Assembly (NCBI GenBank): GCA_013265495.1
Contig: MU058384.1
Location: 6,530,956 to 6,573,522 of the forward strand
Source of the DNA: Vicugna vicugna
Taxonomy: Eukaryota
DNA: 42,567 nt
Direction: 5' to 3'
Part shown: positions 34,696 through 42,567 of the stretch, one piece after another
Layout: each line of letters opens with the position of its first letter
How positions within the stretch are numbered: position 1 is the stretch's first letter
Notes under the pieces: model-generated
What the model saw: the letters and a program-made list of their open reading frames with translations, nothing else
What the model was told of the DNA's origin: nothing
Database searches by the model: none
Program-made: the position numbers and the translations under genes

Positions 34696-36902
34696 CACAA
34701 TATTCTCCACCAAGGAGCAAAGGACTAGTCTTGGCACCTCCCTTGGCCCCATTGGCACTGCTTCTTAATGGTCATTAAGGTGGTATGAGAGGCACATGGA
34801 TGATTTCACAGACATCACAGAGCTGAGATGCCAACTATCAAAAGAAATAAATCAAAATTTGATATGCTAATAAAATATTTTATACCTCACATGTTCTTTT
34901 CACTAATTCTATGATAATGTCTTACATATTCAAAACAGTTGTGAATTGGATGAAAAGAAGTACCAGTTAGAAGGAATGAGTCAATGATTTTAAGGACTTG
35001 TATGGCTTAAGGTCTATGAGTTTGACAGACTCCTACAAAATGGCCAGGAAAACATCCACACGGCAGGCGACCGGGCGAGTTTCCACTCACTGTGCTTTTC
35101 CCTCTTGCATCTGGTAAAGTGGAAAAAACTACCTTACATTCTTCTGGGGGAATACTTGCTTCCCTTTTTGGGCATTCCACTATGGAAGTCTGGATGAAGA
35201 GAAAATGATTATCAGAAAATTAAAGATTTTAAAGTTTATAACATCTTCCACTTCTTACTAATTCAGATTAAAGTGTGCATCCTTCAAGAGTAAACAGAGT
35301 GTGAGAATTTGGACTGTGAAGCAATTACAGCCACTAAGGTGGAGTCTGTGATTGGGTTCTGTGCAGCATAAACTAGCTAAGGCTGAAGGGGAGGGCAAGA
35401 GAGGGTCGCCTCTTTCCAGAGACTCATCAGCACCACACAGCTGTTGTGTCAATGGGGGAAAAGTGTCAGTCTCTCAGAGACACAGCCACTACAGAAAGAG
35501 TGTAACCCACACTTCCTTCTGTGCAGTTGCTTGGAGCTTTTAAAATAACAAACTGGGTAGTTAATAGGTTACAGTTCATTCTGATTTTTGAAGAACTATT
35601 CTTAAAACTAAAAAGAAAAAAACCACACACACAGAAAAAAAAAAAAACCATGAAACCAAAAATAGGACCTGTATACACTTAACTTGTGTATTTGCTTTTC
35701 CCATAATCTTTAAAGGATTTAAAAGAATGTTTACATCCTAGCTTCTGGATATATATGTATATTTTCAGGAGTCTTCAAACAGAAGGAAATATTTTGAAAA
35801 ACTGTGAATATAATTTGATATGGGATGGATGCATTTAACAGCTGGAAGGATTTCACACTTAGAACCCAATTTACAAAACTCTGTAGTTGGCATTATTTCA
35901 ACTCTAGTCCTGGAAGTCATAATTTCCCAAAGATTTTTTTTTCTTGATTTGGAAATTATTTGTGCAAGGGACATATCTCGTTTGAAAAACAAAGTTATCA
36001 TTGCTGAATTTGGCCAGGCATAAGTGAATAACTTCAAGAAGAAATGTCTGAGCGCATTATTCACTCCCATTCCCACTGGAATCCAAGAGTAAGTTGCAGT
36101 TCTTAATGATCAAAATTCTTTTTTTGCAAGCAATCTACGCTTTCACAGATTCCTGAATTAGCAGAAGAAACTGGCTACTTTGTGAAAAAGTAAAATACAG
36201 AATTTCAATATGATAAATAGTAATAATAAAGAATAGAAACAAACTCAGTTTTGTTTTAACTGTGTGTGTGTTTTGAGGGTGATGTGGGGATGGTTAGAAT
36301 AATAGTGAGATTAAGATGAAGAGACTCAGAGGGACGGAAGTGGGTTTGTTTTCAGTTGTAAGAATAAGGGAGGAAAAGAACGGTTGCCCAAGAGACTAAC
36401 AGCAGGGAAGTAACCCCCTCTCCACACTGCTATTGCTACTATTGGCTGATTTGCTCTGTCCCAGGTCCTGTGCTCCCCAAACACCAGAACATTGATGGAC
36501 GATGAGAAAAGGGGAGAGTGCATTCTTCCCTTCACAGGCTCTTCCTGGTGACGCCTCTAAGCCAGAGCTTTCTCTTGTACATCCAAGATTTCTCTAGATT
36601 CACGCAAAGGGACCAAAGTTTGGAGTCCATTTTCAAATTGTAATTTGATGCAGTTCCGAAGAAATTACAAAATTGCTAGTAATACAACCATCATCATTAG
36701 GCATCAAGTTGTCTCAGCCTTGCCTGAACTCATTGAAACTTCTCACTTCGGCTCCACAAACTATTCACTTAAACATTTTTCAGGATTCCATTTTGAACCT
36801 CACATTATGACATAAATTTGGCTTGCTGTCATATGTTTTAGCAACTGTATTCAAATGCTTTCTTTGGAGAAATTTTGAGGTTTTAATCTTATGAGAAGCA
36901 TC

Positions 36903-37035
36903 CCCATGTGGTGGATATGGCAGGTATCCGAGAGTCAGACAGGATGTTCGTGTCCTGGTGCTGCAATTTATTAGCTGTGTGACTGAGCAACTTACTATAG
37001 CTCTCTGAGATTCAAGTTACTTGTTTGCAATGTAT
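36903..37035 (+). mobile_element. MIR fragment
   Basis: GAGTCAGACAG...GTTCGTGTCCTGG...TTATTAGCTGTGTGACT...CTCTCTGAG. Confidence 0.75.
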
Positions 37036-37068
37036 TGTACTAGATGATGGTGAAGATATGGTAATACA

Positions 37069-37392
37069 CAGCTAATCCTTGAACAACATGGATTTGAATT
37101 GTGGGCCCACTTACACATGGATTGTTTTGGATAAATACAGTACCTGTATTTTCATTTTACAGATCTTTAAATTAACTAAGTGTGGGGAGAAGTTTGTGTT
37201 CAATTAGAGATCACAATATATGGAATCAAAAGAGCTAGTGTTTGAACCCTGATTCTACCCAAACTGTTTCAGCTTCCATCTTGGAAGTTATTTACCAGTT
37301 CCTTCGTTTTTGAAGCAGAGATAGCAGTACTCAGATTTTTGACTGTGTGGGGGTCGGTGGCCCTAACCCCTGTGTTGTTCAAGAGTCAACTG
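37069..37392 (+). mobile_element. Tigger2a-type TcMar MITE (artiodactyl-like derivative)
   Basis: Terminal inverted repeats CAGCTAATCCTTGAACAACA / TGTTGTTCAAGAGTCAACTG; TA flank on the right (left flank reads CA); Tigger2 subterminal CCACTTACACATGGAT and CCCTAACCCC; 324 bp. Confidence 0.85.
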
Positions 37393-38419
37393 TATATATG
37401 TGATATACATATATACAAGATAGTATCTGGAATAATGCAGAAAAGATGACGAAGTTTCTATAAATCAGTATTTCTCATCTTTTGTCTTGTCAATGCTACA
37501 TCAAGCTTTTGAGTTTTGTAAAAAATGAGTACAGGATTATAAAAATAATTCAAAATTTTATTTTAACGTTGAAAAATTAGCTGTATGTGCTGCTGTATCT
37601 CTCATTTTGAAAGAAATGAGGCAACAGAACTGAAGCAAACATAACAATGTGAATTTTCTATCAATTGCTGAAAATACCGTGTAAACTGTATAAAATAGTC
37701 TAAAAGATAATTTCTTATGGAAAACTGAAGATGGGACCAGGATATCTGATAGTAGGGTAGGTTTCTTTCTTTCTTTCTTTTTTTTTTAATGCCTTAAGTC
37801 TGATTCCATTAATGAACTGTGCTGAATATCATGAAGAATATAAATTATTCTAAATCCTGAATCTGTCCTTCTGCAACTGGTGCAAGCAGAAGGCCAAGAA
37901 TATTTCAAAATATTATCTTCTATCACTCCACCACTCACTTTAAACAAGATCTCTGGCCACCAGCCTGATGAAATACATGGAAATATGTTGTGCCCCTAGT
38001 GGTGTTCTACTTAACTCCCAGCCAACCACCACGAGATGTGCCGTGAAAACAAGTTTACACATTATAAAATCTGCTTATCCCCGTTTTGTTTTAACACCTG
38101 TGAACAAAAATACAAGACCGTCATGTGGCACACAAAAGGCTCAGGTGTCTCCCTGTTTAGAAGCTGGCAGTCTCGAACAACAAGAGGAAATAGGTTGTAA
38201 TATTAATAAACACCTGCCAGGACTATTATACTCATTGGCTCCATCCCAGCGAAAGAGTTAATCAACTAAACCTAACAAAACAATTGTCTAAATCCGATGG
38301 CAGTGTAGTGTGTGTTACCACGTGGCTCCGAGTCCGCCCTGTGATAAAATATGAGAAGCCCACGTACTGTACTGTTCTGTAAAGCAGGAGAGCAGAGTGT
38401 ATTCCTGAGCATGGAGTTA

Positions 38420-38820
38420 AAAATAACAACAGTAATAATGGCTCTGTTTCTCTGTGCCAGGCACTACTGTCGGTGGATCCCGGGGATGCTGCGGTGAATG
38501 GGAAAATCAAGGCCTCTGAGTTCACAGAGGTCACATTCCAGTGGGAGAGACAGACGAATAACAAGCCTAGTGATTCCCCTCCCTGTGACTCTCACATCAC
38601 CGTGCTTATGCGCCTGAGTACTTACCAGTGAGAGATAGAATCACAGGCGTGGGCTGGGGACAGACAGGGCAGAGCAAGGACCATTTAAGAGTAGATGGAG
38701 GAGAGACCCGACTGAAGAAGAGATGTGTGAACAGACATCCGAAGGCAGAGAAGGAAGTAGGCCTGATAGAACGGGAGATGAACGTCTCCAAGATAAATGC
38801 AGGGGCTCAGAGAGGTGACA
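38420..38820 (-). mobile_element. L2 3' end (unusually CpG-containing)
   Basis: CTGTGCCAGGCACT...GGGGATGCTGCGGTGAA...GAGGTCACATTCCAGTGGGAGAGACAGAC. Confidence 0.7.
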
Positions 38821-39353
38821 GGAGAAAACAGAGGAACTCACAGTCAAATCTGTTTCTGACCAACGACAAATAGGCTTCCTCCATGACACCTGGGAGAATC
38901 ACTTCTCTGGAGTAAAGAAAATTTGGATGACACTATGGACATTCATAATAATACATATCTTTCATTTCTTAGCAGGGTTAGCATTTTTATTAGGCCTTGA
39001 TCACGTGTGACCATCTCAGAATCCATTCTTCATGAAGGTTTTAAAGCACCGTAGCAACACTGCTTTAAAACCTCTCTTTACCAAAATGTTTCTTTCACTC
39101 TTTGTTCGCAAGTCTTATGGCAAGTTAGGTCTTGTTCCTTGGAATATTCAACTGTTCAGTATTTAAAGTAGAAAGTAATACATAAATCCCATTTCCACAT
39201 AGGGATCAAATTGTTGAGAGGAAACAAAATACATCCAATGGTGGAAGAGAAAAAGAACAGGAAGCCATAACTTTGGAAACATATGTTCCTAACAAATTTA
39301 TTTTACTAATTAGATAAAAGGTAAAGATAAACTAGAAGGGAGTTACGCATAGT

Positions 39354-39470
39354 ATTAGATATAAGCTGCTTGAAGACAGGCTCTGTGGTCATTTCATCTG
39401 TTTCCCAGACTGTCTGGCACAAAAAAAGACTTCAATAGTGATTTGTTTAAAGAGAATGAGAAATGAATGA
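39354..39470 (+). mobile_element. L2 3' end
   Basis: TAAGCTGCTTGAAGACAGG...TCATCTGTTTCCCAG...CTGGCACA...AATGAATGA. Confidence 0.75.
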
Positions 39471-40078
39471 TAACCAAGCAATTGGCCAGCAAATGCATTC
39501 TAAGGAAAGAGAATGCCAAGAAAATATTTCTACTATGTGGACAAAAAGTACACAAAGAAATGCATTAATACTAACTAAAGAAACCACAAAACAATTAAAC
39601 AATGTTAATTAAACATTTTAATTGTTTTTTAAAGACAGCAAATACTAAGTGAAAAGCCAGATAATAATACCTTGTGCATCAAATAGTTGGGATATATATT
39701 CATTTTTCTTTATTATATGGAATATTTAAGCCCCTTCCTCCCAAAAGAACCCTATTGCTTTTGCTCATCTGAAGAAAACAGGATAAAAATAAGTTTTAAA
39801 AATATCACTACTTGCCTACTGAAGGTGTTTAGCTATAATCAGCTAAAGAGCTAGGAGCTGTGGAAATAGAAAGGAGAGTTCGGAGGCCCAAACCTGGTTT
39901 CTTTTATAATTCCCAGTTGGACTATTAGATCTGAATTAAAGAACTTTGCTGAATTATTCTGTTGGCCTAAGTGAGTCTGGCCAGAGGTTCAGAAATAGAA
40001 ACACATGGCACAGGGCACAGGGGAGCTCCGACAGAGGGCTGTGGCTTCACTCATAAGCACCCACACGCTCTCACACAG

Positions 40079-40080
<2 letters not shown>

Positions 40081-40114
<34 letters not shown>
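40081..40114. repeat. (AC)17 microsatellite
   Basis: Seen directly in the sequence. Confidence 0.97.
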
Positions 40115-40118
<4 letters not shown>

Positions 40119-40619
40119 CTTTCCCTTTTTGGTGAATGAGAGAGCAACCTCTTCAAACCCTTCAAATTAGAAAAGACACGCATGAGCACTCTGAATCAGA
40201 ATTATTTCAAGAACATTTTAAGAAAAAATAAGCCATTTGTCTAATTCAATGATTACTTAATGATATCATCATTCACCATTGTGTAAATGTCTTTGGAAAT
40301 GCAAGACGAAACAAGCGTAGTCTGTTACAGCAGAATCACATACCCCCTCCCGGGACTGAATCAAACAGGTTCAGACCAGAACTGGTTCTCATAATGATTA
40401 TTTTAATTTATTAGTATAACCCTAGTAGTGCACAATTATTTTAACCTGTAACAAAACAGTATTAAAGGAGAGTTATCACTTACTCAAATAACTACCTGAA
40501 ATACCAGAGCTTAGACAGCTAAATCAGCATTCAAGGGACCATCAAACCTGTTGTTAATGACATGCACAATTATGCATATGTTAAAAAAATGACTAAAAAT
40601 TAAGGAGGAGAAAATTTAA

Positions 40620-40780
40620 AAAACATGATTAGTGGGGATAGTAAAATGTGATAAATACACGATCAAACCAATATAGTAAAATGTTAATGGTAGAATGATG
40701 GGTACATAGGTGTTCTCTACAAAGTTATGGTGGCTTTGCTGCATGTTTGAAAATTTTCTTAATAACACAGGAAAAGAAAA
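40620..40780 (+). mobile_element. old L1MC/ME 3' terminus
   Basis: AAAATGTTAATGGTAGAAT...GGGTACATAGGTGTTC...ATGTTTGAAAATTTTCTTAATAA. Confidence 0.65.
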
Positions 40781-40877
40781 TTTAGAAGTCTAAAAGTGAT
40801 ACCGAAGAGAAACAAGTTAAGAACACAAAGACCTGGAGTGATGAAACACTGCTGCGCATTACCATGGCCTGCAAGTG

Positions 40878-41102
40878 AGACAATGTAGTACAGTAGCTAA
40901 GAGCACAGTCCTTAAACTTAAGTATTTACATCAAGAATCCAGTCTCAGCTGTTATTTACCAGCTGTGTAACCTTGATGTAGTTGCCCTGTAAGCCTCTCT
41001 TTTGGCATCAGTAAAATGGAGATGACATTGCCTACTTTACAAAAATAAAAACACAGAAAAATCTTAAAAGAATATCAAACATTATTCATAGTTGCCATTA
41101 TT
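40878..41102 (+). mobile_element. MIR SINE
   Basis: CAGTAGCTAAGAGCACAG, GAATCC, TTTACCAGCTGTGTAACCTTG, CATCAGTAAAATGGAGATGA. Confidence 0.8.
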
Positions 41103-41209
41103 AACAAGTATGAAAACAAACCAAAATGCCACCAATAGGAGTATCAATTAATAAATTAGCTGCGTAAAACTAGCCCCTTAAATAGTAGATAAAAAATGTT
41201 AACAATATG

Positions 41210-41786
41210 GTACATCAATGAAGATGTTTTCAGATGCAAACAATGAAATATTTAAGTAAAGGTCAAATGAAGTTTCTGCATATCTCACATAACAAGAAGT
41301 TGAGAAAAACATGGTTTCGTGGTTGATTTAATTCAGCAGCCTAACAAGATCAGGGTGTTGGGGGAGAATTTGGCTTCCTCTCTCTGCTCATAATTTGGCT
41401 ACAGCAGCTTCAATCATAACTTCTTTTCAGTATAACATCCAAAGACAAGAATAAAAAGGAAGTTATTCCTTGCATATCTCTCTTGTTATCAGGGAGGAAG
41501 CATTTTCCCAGAAATCCTATGACATACTTACCCTCGTATCTCATTAGCCAGAAATGAATCACATGTTCACCCATAAACATTCACTGACAAAGGAAAATGA
41601 ATTGTAAGGATTGGCTTCAAATAGTCATGGTTTATCCCCTAGATTTGGACACGGGGCCCAACTTTCCTGAGTGCAGTACTGCCAAATATCTGAAAACAAA
41701 ACAAAGTAAAACAAAATCATGGTTTCATTGGTAAGAAAGATGATGAAAATGGCCATCGAGCTGGCAATCAACAGTTGTATGTTATG
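41210..41786 (-). mobile_element. old MaLR LTR (MLT1J/L-like)
   Basis: TCTCACATAACAAGAAGT, TAATTCAGCAGC, TTTCCCAGAA, TCTCATTAGCCAGAA...TCACATG, GGCAATCAACAG. Confidence 0.75.
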
Positions 41787-41790
41787 TATG

Positions 41791-42307
41791 TGTAAATAGG
41801 AAAGAAAAAATCTGACTCCATATTAGATCTGATCTTTTGGCTCTAACCCCGTGCTCTGTTTCCTGTGCTTAGTCATGCTGGTTCTATACCTTTTGTAAAA
41901 GAATGTTGCCTATAGCCGGAAATATACAGGATAGCCTATCCTCAAGGCTCTGACCTTTAAGGGTATAACACTCTCCCATTCATATAAAGATAAAAAATTG
42001 CAGAACAGAGAATAACATTTGTCTTGTTGGAGGTTTACAGGGACATCATGACCTGACCTACGTGGACAGTTGTTAAGAACAGAGTCCGACACCAAGAAGT
42101 TTACAACAACCAACCACACACCCTCTCCTCTTTAGTATAAAAGAAGCCTGAATTCTGATTTGGGTAAGATGGTTCTCCAGACATTAGTCTGCCATCTTCT
42201 TCGTCTGCTGGCTTTCCAAAAAAGTCTTTATTCCTTGCCGCAACATCCTGTCTCCTAATTTATTGGTCTGTCATAGGGTGAGCAGAATGAGTTTGGACTT
42301 GATAAAA
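41791..42307 (+). mobile_element. ERV1 (MER4/MER41-group-like) solo LTR
   Basis: TGTAA...GACTCCATATT start; TATAAAA at 42136-42142; MER4-group 3' end ATTTATTGGTCTGTC...GAGCAG...TTGGACTTGATAAAA; perfect 4-bp TSD TATG (41787-41790 / 42308-42311). Confidence 0.88.
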
Positions 42308-42311
42308 TATG

Positions 42312-42490
42312 GAAAAATATTAATCATGTTAATAAAAACACAAATTACATGTTGATCACAATAACTATGTGGCATAAAGTAAAAATAAACTGTGATATAC
42401 AAAAATTTTTAAAGCTGCTAGCTAGGACTTTTTTCTGTAGCAAGGTTCTATCAAAGTATTCCACAATGAAATTCATTACTTGGTGAAACT
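42312..42490 (+). mobile_element. old L1ME 3' terminus
   Basis: ATAACTATGT...ATATACAAAAATTTTTAA...TTCCACAATGAAATTCATTACTT. Confidence 0.4.
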
Positions 42491-42567
42491 ATACTACATG
42501 CACCTTTAAAAAAAAAAGGATGTCTAAAACAGCTATAATCAGACAAGAGAAACTGTAAGAAAAAGAT

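Noticed and set aside
35765..36088. 103-aa minus-strand ORF and a possible plus-strand exon (CAG|35769-36088|GTAAGT)
   Set aside because: No recognisable peptide in any frame; not supportable as CDS

Overview
Mammalian genomic DNA, AT-rich and CpG-poor, that looks intronic or intergenic. I recognise no protein-coding exon; the ORF-track entries are chance ORFs or decayed LINE fragments. The host is most likely a camelid. The evidence is a camelid-type tRNA-derived SINE with a (TAAA)n tract, a cetartiodactyl-type L1 3' UTR, a Tigger2a-type MITE, and no BovB/Bov-tA, PRE-1 or Alu elements. A large part of the window is decayed transposable elements: L2, MIR, L1M, MaLR/ERVL/ERV1 LTRs, and hAT and Tigger MITEs. 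Several still have readable target-site duplications (TSDs). Family names come from recalled consensus sequences, not a search, and boundaries of old elements are approximate. The best unexplained structure is a 426-bp insertion at 17844-18269 that is neither LINE nor SINE but shows the hallmarks of L1-mediated retroposition: a perfect 15-bp TSD, a TT/AAGA target, and AATAAA plus poly(A). It appears to be a retrocopy of an AU-rich 3' end whose poly(A) site lies in a MER33 transposon. Other observations are a perfect 74-bp tandem duplication, a CpG-enriched patch near 38.0-38.9 kb, a 13-bp perfect hairpin, and several repeat-free motif-rich blocks. I found no evidence for a new multi-gene biological system.
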